Assembly (NCBI GenBank): GCA_963742735.1
Contig: CAVUMN010000003.1
Coordinates: forward strand, 256,001-320,000
DNA: 64,000 nt
Direction of reading: 5' to 3'
DNA from: an uncultured Actinomycetes bacterium
Lineage (GTDB): Bacteria; Actinomycetota; UBA4738; JBBDTT01
The translations under genes were made by a program, and so were the position numbers. Below are positions 1 to 10,315 of the stretch, piece by piece; positions within the stretch are counted from its first letter, which is position 1; each line of letters begins with the position of its first letter. The notes below the pieces were generated by a model. That model did not search any database and was not told the origin of the DNA. It saw nothing but the letters and a program-made list of their open reading frames with translations.

Positions 1-592
1 GGTCCGCCGCCTGGGCGACCTGGGCAACATCGAGGACTACGTGAACACCACGGTCGATGTGCTGCAGGGCAACTTCGCCTCGGTGGCCCGGCTGATGGGG
101 GAGCCGTTCGACCGGGAGCAGAACGTGTGGATCGCGCCGGAGACCCTGCACCTGCGCGACGAGCTGACCGGCAAGAGCCTGGCCGAGAAGCTGGCCGAGG
201 GGCTGGTGACCATCGGGCCGGCCGTGCGCCTGGGCCGGTACTGCGAGATCGGGCCCGGCGTGGTGATCACCGAGTCGAACCTGGACGACGACGTCGAGGT
301 ACGCGAGGGCGCCTACATCTCCCGGTCCCAGGTCCGCGACGGGGCGATCATCGGGGCCGGGGCCACGATCCGAGACTCCGTGATCGGCTCCATGAGCGAG
401 GTTCGGTCGAGCCGCCGGAACCCGACGACGATCGAGCGGTTCGTCGCGCTGGGCGACGAGGTCACCGTCTACGAGGGCCTCCGGCTGGCCGATCACGTCA
501 GCGTCTACCCCCGCCTGAAGATCCCCACGGGCGTCCGCGCGCCCGCCGGCGTGGAGATCACCGACGCCGAGGACGTCCTGAAGTACCTCTAG
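1..592 (+). CDS. NDP-sugar synthase / nucleotidyltransferase, C-terminal part with left-handed beta-helix (5' truncated by window edge)
   Basis: Frame is open from the window start (VRRLGDLGNIEDY, the DxG..dY end of the NTP-transferase domain), followed by hexapeptide repeats (IGPAVRLGRYCEIGPGVVI...). Confidence 0.75.
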   Translation, partial: VRRLGDLGNIEDYVNTTVDVLQGNFASVARLMGEPFDREQNVWIAPETLHLRDELTGKSLAEKLAEGLVTIGPAVRLGRYCEIGPGVVITESNLDDDVEVREGAYISRSQVRDGAIIGAGATIRDSVIGSMSEVRSSRRNPTTIERFVALGDEVTVYEGLRLADHVSVYPRLKIPTGVRAPAGVEITDAEDVLKYL

Positions 593-604
593 TAGGGTCG
601 CGCG

Positions 605-1603
605 ATGCGGTTCGGCCTGGCCCTTCCCCACTACGGCTACTCGTTCCCCGACGGCGGACCGCTGGACTGGGGACGGGTGATCGAGTACGCCCGGCGCGCG
701 GAAACGCTCGGCTTCGACTCCCTCTGGGTCTCCGACCACTTCTTCTCCGACCCGTCCCGGACTCCCGGGCCGCAGGAGCTCCTGGCGACGGTGGAGCCCT
801 TCACCGCGCTCGCGGCGCTCGCCACTCACACCGAGCGCGTCCGGCTGGGCACGCTCGTGGCCTCGGCCGGCTTCCGCCACCCCGCCCACGTCGCCAAGAT
901 GGCCACCACGATCGACCTGCTCTCCGGCGGTCGGTTCGACCTGGGGCTGGGCGCCGGGTGGATGGAGGCCGAGTACACGGCCTTCGGCTACGACTTCGGC
1001 ACGGTGGGGGAACGCTTCGACCTCCTCGAGGAGTCGCTCGAGGTCCTGACGCGCCTGTTCGGCGAGGCCGAACCGGTGGACTACGTCGGGAAGCGGATCA
1101 CGCTCCAGGAGGCGTACCTGCACCCCCGGCCGCCTCAATCCGGGGGTCCCCCGATCTGGCTCGGCGGCAAGGGCGGCCCGCGCGGCCTGAAGCTGGCGGC
1201 GCGGTTCGCCCACGGATGGAACACCGTGTGGCGGTGGTCTCCTCGGGACTTCGCCGAGGTTTCCGGCCGCCTGGACCGGGCCTGTGAGGACGTGGACCGG
1301 GATCCGGCCACCCTGCGCCGGAGCGTGGGGCTCTACACGCTCGTCGGCGAGGACGAGGTGGACCTCCACGACCGGTGGCGGGCGCTGCAGCGGTGGGCGC
1401 CGGGCGACGCGCTCGCCGGCGAGATGCTCGAGGACTACGCGCGGGGGGCCCTGGTCGGCACTCCGGAGCAGGTCGCCGAGCAGGTCGCGGCGTTCGAGGC
1501 GCTCGGCGTGGAGGAGATCATCCTGTCGCCCGCGTCGCTTCCGTTCGCCGTGGCCGAGGACTCCGAGCTCGACGTGATCGCGGACGTGCTGCTCGGGGCG
1601 TGA
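605..1603 (+). CDS. LLM class (probably F420-dependent) flavin oxidoreductase
   Basis: AETLGFDSLWVSDHF, RHPAHVAKMATTIDLLSGGRFDLGLGAGW, PPIWLGG motifs; TAGGGT -10 hexamer 6 nt upstream of the ATG. Confidence 0.9.
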   Translation: MRFGLALPHYGYSFPDGGPLDWGRVIEYARRAETLGFDSLWVSDHFFSDPSRTPGPQELLATVEPFTALAALATHTERVRLGTLVASAGFRHPAHVAKMATTIDLLSGGRFDLGLGAGWMEAEYTAFGYDFGTVGERFDLLEESLEVLTRLFGEAEPVDYVGKRITLQEAYLHPRPPQSGGPPIWLGGKGGPRGLKLAARFAHGWNTVWRWSPRDFAEVSGRLDRACEDVDRDPATLRRSVGLYTLVGEDEVDLHDRWRALQRWAPGDALAGEMLEDYARGALVGTPEQVAEQVAAFEALGVEEIILSPASLPFAVAEDSELDVIADVLLGA

Positions 1604-1607
1604 GGCC

Positions 1608-1820
1608 GTGGAGTACCTCGAGGCGGCCCTGGCGGTGCTGGCGGAGGAGGGCGAGCCGCTGCACTGGACGGTGATCCAGGACCTGGCGCTGAAGCGCGGC
1701 TACCTTGACCCGTTCACCCAGACCGACATCCGCAAGCACCTCCTGTCCGCTCTGGCGAAGGCGGCGAAGGACGGGGCGATCCGCAAAGTCGAGACGGGGG
1801 TCTACGCGCTCCGGTGGTAG
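1608..1820 (+). CDS. Small winged-helix protein, HARE-HTH (HB1/ASXL/restriction endonuclease)-like
   Basis: EAALAVLAEEGEPLH...I...AL.RG ... RKVETGVYAL pattern; 70 aa; directly follows the upstream gene. Confidence 0.6.
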   Translation: MEYLEAALAVLAEEGEPLHWTVIQDLALKRGYLDPFTQTDIRKHLLSALAKAAKDGAIRKVETGVYALRW

Positions 1821-1832
1821 GGGTCGCACTGC

Positions 1833-1859
1833 TTCAGTTCTGGTGCCCCGTTTGCCGAT
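1833..1859 (+). promoter_or_regulatory. Putative sigma28 (FliA/WhiG)-type promoter
   Basis: TTCA-N17-GCCGAT upstream of the SD-like GAGGGGG and ATG 1897. Confidence 0.4.
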
Positions 1860-1896
1860 GCCACTTCTCGACTGCATGAACGTCGAGGGGGCAGCA

Positions 1897-3230
1897 ATGG
1901 CGCGCCCCCGCTCGTTTCTGTTCTAACCCTCCTGGTCCTCGGCGGCATGCTGCCGGTGGGGACGTACATCGGCCGCGCCGCAGCCCAGACCAAAGACATC
2001 GTTCTGCCTCCGGCCGTCCCCCCACCGCTGCTGAGCGACGCGGAGCGCGAGCCCGTTGCCTACCCGCCGAAGCCCCCCAGGGAGCGAGCGCTATCCCTTC
2101 CGTCGGGAACGCCGGAGACGAAGACTGGGTCCCTGGACGAGACCGAAGCCCAGGCGACGGAGACGGCCTCGGTCTTCGAGTACGCCGGTGGGGAGCACCT
2201 GGCCCAGGTGACCACCGATCCCCAGAACTTCCAGGACGCCGACGGTCAGTGGCGCAAGATCGATCCCGAGCTGGAGCCCACCGACGCTGGCTACCGCAAC
2301 CGAGCGGGCGAGGTCTCGCTCGTATTCCCGGATGCGCTATCGGCCACCACCCCGCTGATGTTCGGGGTGGGCGATGGATCGCTGTCGATCTATCCCGAAG
2401 GCGCTTCGGAGAAGGTGCAGGCAGAGGTTGCCGGCAACGCCGCCACCTACCCGGAGGCGCTTCCAGGGACCGACTTGCGCTACTACTCCCTCGGCTCGGG
2501 CTACGCGGAGCATGTGATCCTCAAGACCACGCCCGAGGCCACCTCCATGGCCTGGCTCATCACGGCCACGGATCTGACGCTCCGTCAGAACGGGGCGGAG
2601 ATCGAGATCGTGCAGGGCGAGGAGGTCGTCGGCCGGGTCCCGCCGCTGACGGTGTTCGACGCGAGCGTGGGGCCGAACGCCTCGGCGGACGCGTACGCCG
2701 GAGGCTTCGAGCGCACGCTGATCGACCAAGGGGACGGGGTCTGTCGGATCGAGGTGGCGTTCGACACCGAGTGGCTGGCCGATCCCGATCGGGCCTACCC
2801 CGTCACCATCGACCCTTACTTCGAGGAGACCACCGGTAACCCGTCCAAGGACGCGTGGGTGAAGTCCTGCCCGGTGGCGGGAGGAGCGTCAACGAACCGA
2901 TCGTGGGAGGACGCGGTGAGGCTGCTTGCCCGGCGAATCGTTGACCTTCGAGAGGGGCGGACTTCACCGCTCTCAGTCAATGTCATCTATCAGATCCCGG
3001 GGGAGGTGATTGCTCCTGAATTTGAGGGTGTTCGCAGCGGCCGCTTCTCACAGAGGGAGCGTGGCCTTGTCGTACAAGTTGCGCTACCCGCAGAGCCGGA
3101 TGGTCCCGCCGACGCCGCGGTAATTCGCTACCTGGCCGAGGCTGTCGAGGTTGCGGAGGGTTTCGCCCGCGAAAGGGGCCTTATCAAGAACCGTCTTTCA
3201 GAGCTTCGAGCCATCCTCGCGGCACTATAG
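1897..3230 (+). CDS. Chimeric/truncated Rhs-WapA-type secreted protein N-terminus fused to an immunity-protein-like C-terminus; 1-nt frameshift near 1910 (intact ORF 1947-3230)
   Basis: Signal peptide MARPR/LVSVLTLLVLGG...AAAQ is restored by one indel; NFQDADGQWRKIDPEL, YPEALPGTDLRY and WLADPDRAYPVTIDP are typical of N-termini of large Rhs/DNRLRE proteins; after ~2873 codon usage and GC change (VNVIYQIPG...FEGVRSGRFS...VQVALP). Confidence 0.6.
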
Positions 3231-3329
3231 CGTCAGCAGGGATCACGCCGGAGCCCTGCCCGCCGGAAGTGCACGCGCCGCGAGAAGCGTGGGTGACCGA
3301 TTAGCGTCTGCGGTGAGGTTCGCGCCTTT

Positions 3330-4325
3330 TCAGCGGTAGGCGATCTGGGAGAACTTCTCGAGCTTCTCGAAGGCGTGTCGGGCCTCGACCCGCCGGACCG
3401 TTCCCGAGCGCGCGCGCATCACCAGCGACCACGTCGTGGCGAAGTCGCCGTGATAGCGCACCCCGCGCAATAGATAGCCGTCGGTGATGCCCGTCGCGGC
3501 GAAGAACACGTCGTCGCCGGCCACCAGGTCCTCGGTGGTGAGAACCTTGTCCAGGTCGTAGCCAGCGTCGACGAGGGCGCCGCGCTCCTCGTCGTTGCGG
3601 GGGAACAGCTTGCCCTGCATCGCGCCGCCCATGCACTTGAGCGCGGCCGCGGCGATCACTCCTTCCGGCGTTCCGCCGATGCCGATCAGCAGGTCCGGGA
3701 TCGAGCTGTGGTCCGCCGCGGCGATGGCCCCCGCGACGTCGCCGTCGGTGATGAACAGGATCCGCGAGCCCGCCTCGCGGACCTTCTCGACCAGGGGCAG
3801 GTGGCGGTCGCGCTCGAGCATGATCACCGTCACCTGCTCGACGCGCTTGCCGAGGGCCTTGGCGACCTTGCGGCAGTTCTCGTCCGCGGGTGCCTCGATG
3901 TCGATCGCGTCGGCCGCCTCCGGCCCCGTGGCGATCTTCTCCATGTACACGGCCGCGCCGGGAAAGAACATCGAGCCCCGCGCGGCCAGGGCGATCACCG
4001 CGAGGGCGTTGCCCATGCCCTTGGCGGTGAGGGTCGTTCCGTCGATGGGGTCCACCGCGACGTCGGCGCCCGGCCCGTCGCCGGTCCCGACCTGCTCGCC
4101 GTTGAACAGCATCGGCGCCGCGTCCTTCTCGCCCTCGCCGATCACGACGACGCCATCCATCGAGACGCTGTCGATCATCAGCCGCATCGCGTCGACCGCC
4201 GCCCCGTCGGCGGCGAGCTTGTCGCCGCGGCCGACCCACCGGCCCGCGGCGAGGGCCGCCGCCTCGGTGACCCGGACCAGCTCCATCGCCAGGTTCCGGT
4301 CGGGCCGTCCCTTCGCCTCGGTCAT
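3330..4325 (-). CDS. glpX: Class II fructose-1,6-bisphosphatase
   Basis: [52 protein letters not shown] motifs; ATG overlaps the gpsA stop. Confidence 0.97.
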   Translation of the reverse strand: MTEAKGRPDRNLAMELVRVTEAAALAAGRWVGRGDKLAADGAAVDAMRLMIDSVSMDGVVVIGEGEKDAAPMLFNGEQVGTGDGPGADVAVDPIDGTTLTAKGMGNALAVIALAARGSMFFPGAAVYMEKIATGPEAADAIDIEAPADENCRKVAKALGKRVEQVTVIMLERDRHLPLVEKVREAGSRILFITDGDVAGAIAAADHSSIPDLLIGIGGTPEGVIAAAALKCMGGAMQGKLFPRNDEERGALVDAGYDLDKVLTTEDLVAGDDVFFAATGITDGYLLRGVRYHGDFATTWSLVMRARSGTVRRVEARHAFEKLEKFSQIAYR

Positions 4326-5317
4326 GTCAGACACTCCAGGATCGTCGAGGGGTCCTCGCCCCCGAACACGATGCGGTCCACGGCGGCGTGGAAGGGCACG
4401 TCCACGCCGGTCTCCTTGGTCAGGCGGCCGACGTCCTTCGCGGAGTCGACGCCCTCCACGGTCATCCCCCGGCTCACCATGCCGTCCAGGGCCTCCTGCG
4501 GCTTCGACCCCTCCCCGAGGAGCTCGCCGTACAGCCGGTTCCGGCCACCCAGGCTGGTGACCAGGGTGTCGCCGAGTCCCGCCAGCCCGGTCACGGTCTC
4601 GGCCCGGCCGCCCAGGGCGGTGATCAGCTTCACCTGCTCGTTGACGGCCTGGGCGAACAGCGCCGACTTCGCGTTGCGGTACTCGCGGTTGCCGCCACCC
4701 TTTGCCAGGCCGTCCAGGATGCCGAGGCCGATCGCGGCCACGTTCTTCAGCACCGTGCAGTACTCGACGCCGATCAGGTCCTCGGTGACGTGGACGCGGT
4801 AGTTCGGGGTCTGGAAGACCTCCCGGGCCTCGTCGGCCGTCGCCGATCGGGCGCTCGCGTAGACGACCGCGGACGGCAACCCCTCGGCGAGCTCGCCGGC
4901 CAGGCAGGGCCCGCCGACCGAGACCACCAGGTCGTGACCGAACGCCTCGCCGTAGACCTCGGACATCCGCTTGCCGGTCTCGGGCTCCGTCCCCTTGGCC
5001 AGGCTCACGACGACGGGTTCGCTGCCCACGTCCTCGGCCACCATGCCTGCGAGGCTTCGCGCGCCCCCGGAGGAGGCCCCCATGACCGCGACATCGGCGT
5101 GCTCGCTCGCCTCGGGCAGGTCGTCGGGTCCCATCACCCGCAGGGACTCCGGGAGGTGCTCGGGCAGGGCGGGGTGCTTGCGCTCGTCCTGCAGGACGGG
5201 CAGGACGCGGGCATCGAACTCGCTGGCCCAAAGGATCGTGTCGTTCCCGGCCCGGCACGAGTGGATGGCCAGGGCGGTCCCCATCGCGCCCGCGCCGAAG
5301 ACGGTCACCTTCGCCAT
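4322..5317 (-). CDS. gpsA: NAD(P)H-dependent glycerol-3-phosphate dehydrogenase
   Basis: [10 protein letters not shown] Rossmann motif, [26 protein letters not shown] and VEG motifs. Confidence 0.92.
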   Translation of the reverse strand: MAKVTVFGAGAMGTALAIHSCRAGNDTILWASEFDARVLPVLQDERKHPALPEHLPESLRVMGPDDLPEASEHADVAVMGASSGGARSLAGMVAEDVGSEPVVVSLAKGTEPETGKRMSEVYGEAFGHDLVVSVGGPCLAGELAEGLPSAVVYASARSATADEAREVFQTPNYRVHVTEDLIGVEYCTVLKNVAAIGLGILDGLAKGGGNREYRNAKSALFAQAVNEQVKLITALGGRAETVTGLAGLGDTLVTSLGGRNRLYGELLGEGSKPQEALDGMVSRGMTVEGVDSAKDVGRLTKETGVDVPFHAAVDRIVFGGEDPSTILECLT

Positions 5318-5670
5318 CAGAAGGTCAGGCTCTGCGCGCCGTTGGCCAGATACTCGACGACGGTCGCCGCCCCCACGATCTCGGCGCCTTCGATGACCTC
5401 GGTGATCCCGCGGGGCTTCGTGCAGGCCTGGCAGGCCCAGACCTTGCCGCCGCCCTCGATGAACTCGCCGATCAGCTGCTTCAGGGGGGCCGCGGCGGGG
5501 TGCTCGACACCGTCGGCGCCGCCCTCGGTGACCAGGCGGACGGCCTCGATCGTCAGCATGATCGCGGCCTCCTGGCCGGTCACCAGGGCCATGTTCCCGA
5601 AGATGAACGGCAGCGTCGCCCGCTCGTGGTCCTCGGCGCCGTGTTGCCCATGGATCAGGATGCTCGCCAT
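5317..5670 (-). CDS. DsrE family protein
   Basis: [35 protein letters not shown]; 117 aa. Confidence 0.85.
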   Translation of the reverse strand: MASILIHGQHGAEDHERATLPFIFGNMALVTGQEAAIMLTIEAVRLVTEGGADGVEHPAAAPLKQLIGEFIEGGGKVWACQACTKPRGITEVIEGAEIVGAATVVEYLANGAQSLTF

Positions 5671-5930
5671 CAGGTCTCTCCTCGCGTGATGAGCCAGCGG
5701 TCGCCCTCGGACCCGCCCGCCGTGGTCGCCAGGGCGTGGCCCTTCAGCCGCGCCCAGGCCTCAAGGTTCGTCCGGCCCACCGGGTCGCGGGTCCGAACCT
5801 CCAGGGCCTGGCCCGCCTCGAGGGCGTCGAGCAGCGCGCCGATCTCCTTCAGGGTCGGGCCGCTGCACCCCTCGTCGCCGGCGTCGTAGAAGGCGTCCGC
5901 GTCGAGCTCGGGTTCCGGCACGCCGGTCAT
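5670..5930 (-). CDS. TusA/SirA family sulfur carrier protein
   Basis: DAGDEGCSGP, LEAGQALEVRTRDP, NLEAWARLKGH; start taken at MTGVPEP. Confidence 0.8.
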   Translation of the reverse strand: MTGVPEPELDADAFYDAGDEGCSGPTLKEIGALLDALEAGQALEVRTRDPVGRTNLEAWARLKGHALATTAGGSEGDRWLITRGET

Positions 5931-5967
5931 CTTCGCAGAACGACCCGTCGCGTACGATCCGGGCCCT

Positions 5968-6864
5968 ATGTCCCCGCGAACGATCGGGCTGCTCGTTCTC
6001 GGCGTGGTCGCGGTCTCGTTCTCGGCCATCCTCATTCGCCTGACGGACGCGCCCCCGATGACCGTGGCGATGTACCGCAACGCCATCGCCGCGGCGATCC
6101 TGGTCCCGTTCGCGCTGGCCCGGCACCGACCCGAGCTGCGCTCGCTGAGCCGCCGCCAGTGGGGCCTGGCCGCCCTGGCCGGGGTGTTCCTGGCCGCGCA
6201 CTTCGCCACGTGGATCCCCTCGCTCGACTACACGACCGTCGCCGCGAGCACGGTCCTGGTCACCACCCAGCCCCTGTGGGTGGCCGCCATCGCCTACCTG
6301 GCATTCCGGGAACGGTTGAGCCGCGCGGCGGTCATCGGGATCCTGGTCGCGCTCAGCGGCACTGCGGTCGTCTCAGGGGGCGACGTGTCGCTGTCCGGCC
6401 GCGCCGTGTTCGGCGACATGCTGGCGCTCCTCGGAGCGGGACTGGCCGCCTGCTACTTCGTCATCGGGCGCGGGCTTCGACAGCAGATGTCGCTGCTGGC
6501 CTACGTGAGCGTCTGCTACACGGTGTGCGCCGTGGTGATGATCCCGGTCGTGGCCGCGTCGGGCCAGCCGTTCTTCGATCTCCGGTGGCAGGACTGGGGC
6601 CTGCTGGCCCTGATGGCCCTGGCCCCGCAGATCCTGGGGCACACGGTGTTCAACTACCTGCTGGGCGAGGTCGAGGCCACCGTGATCGCGATCGCGGTGA
6701 TGGGCGAGCCCGTCGGCGCGTCGCTGCTGGCGCTGGCGTTCTTCGGCGAGACGCCGCCGTGGACGGCCGCCGTCGGTGGCGCGCTCATCCTGACCGGCGT
6801 CTACGTGGCGATCACCGCGCAGGCCCGCCGCAACCGGGCGACCCTCCCGGCGCCGGTCGAGTGA
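5968..6864 (+). CDS. DMT/EamA family transporter
   Basis: About 10 hydrophobic segments; VSFSAILIR, SLDYTTVAAS, GD.LAL, GEPVGA. Confidence 0.9.
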   Translation: MSPRTIGLLVLGVVAVSFSAILIRLTDAPPMTVAMYRNAIAAAILVPFALARHRPELRSLSRRQWGLAALAGVFLAAHFATWIPSLDYTTVAASTVLVTTQPLWVAAIAYLAFRERLSRAAVIGILVALSGTAVVSGGDVSLSGRAVFGDMLALLGAGLAACYFVIGRGLRQQMSLLAYVSVCYTVCAVVMIPVVAASGQPFFDLRWQDWGLLALMALAPQILGHTVFNYLLGEVEATVIAIAVMGEPVGASLLALAFFGETPPWTAAVGGALILTGVYVAITAQARRNRATLPAPVE

Positions 6865-6888
6865 GCGACCCCGGATAAGCTTTCGGCC

Positions 6889-9018
6889 GTGGCGAAGCGC
6901 AAGGCCGCCGTCGACATCCGCGACGTCCAGGTCATCAAGCACGACCGGACGTTCCTGGTCACCGACGAGTGGGGCGACCTCCCCGAGGACAACACCGCCG
7001 CGCTCGGCCTCTACTACCGGGACACGCGCTACCTCTCCCGTTTCGAGCTGACCCTCGACGAGCTCCGGCCGCTCCTGCTGCACTCCTCGCCGGAGCGCAA
7101 CTACAACCAGATCATCGAGCTGGCGTTCCCGATCACCACGGTCTCGCCGGACGGGGACGAGGACAAGGACAACATCTCGATCTCCCGGAACCGTGTGATC
7201 GCCGATTCGCTCGTGGAGAAGATCGGCATCGCGAACTACGGACGCCAGGATCGAACGCTTCGCGTCTGCGTCGAGTTCGGCGCCGACTTCCTGGACCTCT
7301 TCGAGGTCCGTGGCTGGCCCCGCGAGCGCCGAGGACAGGTCCAGCCCACGGTCGTCGAGCGGAGCCACGTCGTCCTGTCCTACCGGGGGCTCGACGGGGT
7401 GGTTCGCACGACGACCATCCGGTTCTCGCCCCAGCCCGCCGAGCTCAGCGAGGACCGGGCGACGTTCGAGGTGGCCCTCGAGCCGCGCGAGCGGGCGGAG
7501 ATCGACCTGGAGATCACGCCGGCCGAGGGCTCGGAGGAGCGCACCCGGCTGCCGTTCCGCGAGGCCAAGGAGATGCTCGAGCGCGAGTACTCCTCGTGGC
7601 GCAAGAAGTGCACGCGGTTCAAGACCAGCCAGGTGCAGCTCTCCCAGTACCTCGACCGCTCGGTCCTGGACCTGCGGATGCTCCAGACGAACGACGAGGA
7701 CGGCGTGCCGTGGATCGACGCCGGCGTGCCCTGGTACTCGACGCTGTTCGGCCGCGACAGCCTGATCACCGCCTACGAGGTGCTCGGAGTGAACACCGAA
7801 CTGGCGTGGGGGACGCTGCGCGGGCTCGCTGCGCTCCAGGGCACGAAGGTCGACGAGTGGCGCGACGAGGAACCCGGCAAGATCCTGCACGAGGTTCGGG
7901 TGGGGGAGCTGGCGAAGGCCGGCGAGATCCCGCACACCCCGTACTACGGCTCGATCGACTCGACCCCGCTGTGGCTGGCGGTCCTGGCCAGCGCGTACTT
8001 CTGGACGAACGACGTGGACTCGGTGAAGGAGCTGTGGCCGAACGCGCTCGCGTGCCTGGAGTGGATCGACACCTACGGAGACGTCGACGGCGACGGCTAC
8101 GTGGAGTACGTCCGCAAGTCCGAGAAGGGCCTCGCGAACCAGGGCTGGAAGGACAGCCACGACGCGATCGTGTTCCCCGACCGCACCCTGGCCGAGGCGC
8201 CGATCGCCCTGGTCGAGGTCCAGGGCTACGTGTACCTGGCGAAGATCCGGATGGCCCGCCTCGCGCGCGACCTCGGCGAGACGGCCCTGGCCGACAAGCT
8301 CGACGGCGAGGCCAAGGACCTCAAGGAGCGGTTCAACAAGGACTTCTGGATGGACAAGGAGGGCTACTTCGCCCTCGCCCTGGATGGGAAGAAGCAGCAG
8401 GTGCCGGTCCTGGCGTCGAACGCCGGCCACTGCCTGTGGGCGGAGATCGTCGACGAGGACAAGGCCCCGCGAGTGGCCCGGCGGCTCCTGGGCACGGGAC
8501 TGTCGTCGGGGTGGGGGATCCGGACCCTCGGGATGCGCCAGACCCCGTACGACCCGATCGGCTACCACACCGGCACGGTGTGGCCGCACGACAACGCGCT
8601 GATCGCCCACGGCCTGAAGCGCTACGGCCTGGACCGCGAGGCGATGCAGGTCATCGACCAGATGTCGCTCGCCGGCGTGTACTTCCCCCTCGCGCGCTAC
8701 CCCGAGCTGTTCTGCGGCTTCGGGGCCGACCAGGTCCCGGTGCCGGTGCAGTACCCGGTGGCGTGCAGCCCGCAGGCGTGGGCGACCGGCGCGCCGTTCC
8801 TGATGCTCCGCTCCTACGGGGGGATCACCGCCGATGCTCCCAAGGGCGTGCTGAACCTGATCCGTCCCAACCTGCCGAAGTGGCTCCAGAGCATCGACGT
8901 GATCGGCATGCACGTCGGCGACACCCGCATCGACCTCTCCTTCACCCAGGCCGACGGCGTGACCGCCACCCAGGTTCCCCGCAAGGACGGCGAGCTCGAC
9001 GTGGTCATCCGCCACTAG
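6889..9018 (+). CDS. Amylo-alpha-1,6-glucosidase (glycogen debranching enzyme family)
   Basis: GLYYRDTRYLS, AGVPWYSTLFGRDS, EEPGKILHE, YYGSIDSTPL, NQGWKDS, YHTGTVWPHDN, PQAWA. Confidence 0.93.
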   Translation: MAKRKAAVDIRDVQVIKHDRTFLVTDEWGDLPEDNTAALGLYYRDTRYLSRFELTLDELRPLLLHSSPERNYNQIIELAFPITTVSPDGDEDKDNISISRNRVIADSLVEKIGIANYGRQDRTLRVCVEFGADFLDLFEVRGWPRERRGQVQPTVVERSHVVLSYRGLDGVVRTTTIRFSPQPAELSEDRATFEVALEPRERAEIDLEITPAEGSEERTRLPFREAKEMLEREYSSWRKKCTRFKTSQVQLSQYLDRSVLDLRMLQTNDEDGVPWIDAGVPWYSTLFGRDSLITAYEVLGVNTELAWGTLRGLAALQGTKVDEWRDEEPGKILHEVRVGELAKAGEIPHTPYYGSIDSTPLWLAVLASAYFWTNDVDSVKELWPNALACLEWIDTYGDVDGDGYVEYVRKSEKGLANQGWKDSHDAIVFPDRTLAEAPIALVEVQGYVYLAKIRMARLARDLGETALADKLDGEAKDLKERFNKDFWMDKEGYFALALDGKKQQVPVLASNAGHCLWAEIVDEDKAPRVARRLLGTGLSSGWGIRTLGMRQTPYDPIGYHTGTVWPHDNALIAHGLKRYGLDREAMQVIDQMSLAGVYFPLARYPELFCGFGADQVPVPVQYPVACSPQAWATGAPFLMLRSYGGITADAPKGVLNLIRPNLPKWLQSIDVIGMHVGDTRIDLSFTQADGVTATQVPRKDGELDVVIRH

Positions 9019-9055
9019 CCGGTCGTACACTCCGTGCACACGTCAAAGGAGACAA

Positions 9056-10315
9056 ATGCGCCCCCGCATCCTGTTCGTTCTGCTTGTCATCTCGCTGGCC
9101 ATCCCGCTCTTCCCGCGACCCGCCGGCGCCGCCTATCCGGGCTTCAACGGCCTGATCGCCTACATCGCGGACGGGGCCGTCTACGTGGTCGATCCGCTCG
9201 CCCCCCACCTGGGCGGCGACCCCCTGACCGGGGGATCGCCGGCCGACGAGACGCCCGTGTGGTCGCCCGACGGCTCCACCCTCGCCTTCACCCGAACCAG
9301 CCAGCTGTGGACCATGGACGCCGACGGCACCAACGAGGCCATGCTGCTGGCAGAGAGCCCACAGGGGATCACCTGGTCTCCGGATGGAGCGAAGCTCGCG
9401 TACGGCCGGAGCTCGCTTGGGCTGTACGTCGTGAACGCCAACGGGACCGGCTCGGTGCAGATCTCCTCCGACACCACCGCGCAGGAGCCCTCCTGGTCTG
9501 TGGGAAACCGAATCGTGTTCACCTCGTCGAGGGACGGAAACGCCGAGCTGTACGCCATCGATCCGGACGGCACCGACGAGGTCCGGCTGACGACGAACAC
9601 GACCACCGACCAGCAGGCGAACTGGTCGCCCGACGGGCTGAAGCTGGCGTTCGCCACGAACCGGGACGGAAACTTCGAGATCTACTCGATGAAGCCCGAC
9701 GGGACGCTGGTCAGCCGCCTGACGAACCGGTCCAACACCCAGACCGACCCGGCCTGGTCCCCGGACGGGCTGAAGATCACCTTCACGACCTCCACGGACC
9801 TGTGGAAGCAGATCGAGCAGATGAACAACAACGGTACGAACCAGACGACCCTGATCGACAACGGGACCGCCTCCTCGGAGAGCCAGCCAGACTGGCAGCC
9901 GCTCGCCCAGGAACCGCCTCCGGACGACTTCTTCGACCCCATATCGACGATCTCCCGGCCGAAGCAGGGCGTGTCCTATTACCAGGCCAACATCAAGGTC
10001 TTCAGCGGGACCGCGCGGGACGTGGGCGCGTCGGGGCTGGCCAGGGTCGAGGTCGCCCTCCGACGCGTTCTGACCGACGGGAACTGTCTGAGCTGGAACG
10101 GCAGCGTGTTCGTCAAGACGTCCTGCACGTTCAAGAACTGGCGGCTCGCCACCGGGAAGGCGGCGTGGACCTACACGCTGCCGAAGGGGCTCACCAAGAG
10201 CGTGGGCACAAACGTGAAGCACTACGTCCTGCTGTCACGGGCCACCGACGTGGCCGGCAACGTCGAGGTGACCTTCGGGGACGGCCGGAACCGAAACCGG
10301 TTCGAGGTGGTCTAG
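9056..10315 (+). CDS. Secreted TolB/PD40 beta-propeller protein with shared C-terminal Ig-like domain (copy 1)
   Basis: AAGGAG SD; Sec signal ending AGA-AYPG; repeated WSPDG blades; C-terminal domain ~9935-10315 ending GRNRNRFEVV. Confidence 0.85.
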   Translation: MRPRILFVLLVISLAIPLFPRPAGAAYPGFNGLIAYIADGAVYVVDPLAPHLGGDPLTGGSPADETPVWSPDGSTLAFTRTSQLWTMDADGTNEAMLLAESPQGITWSPDGAKLAYGRSSLGLYVVNANGTGSVQISSDTTAQEPSWSVGNRIVFTSSRDGNAELYAIDPDGTDEVRLTTNTTTDQQANWSPDGLKLAFATNRDGNFEIYSMKPDGTLVSRLTNRSNTQTDPAWSPDGLKITFTTSTDLWKQIEQMNNNGTNQTTLIDNGTASSESQPDWQPLAQEPPPDDFFDPISTISRPKQGVSYYQANIKVFSGTARDVGASGLARVEVALRRVLTDGNCLSWNGSVFVKTSCTFKNWRLATGKAAWTYTLPKGLTKSVGTNVKHYVLLSRATDVAGNVEVTFGDGRNRNRFEVV

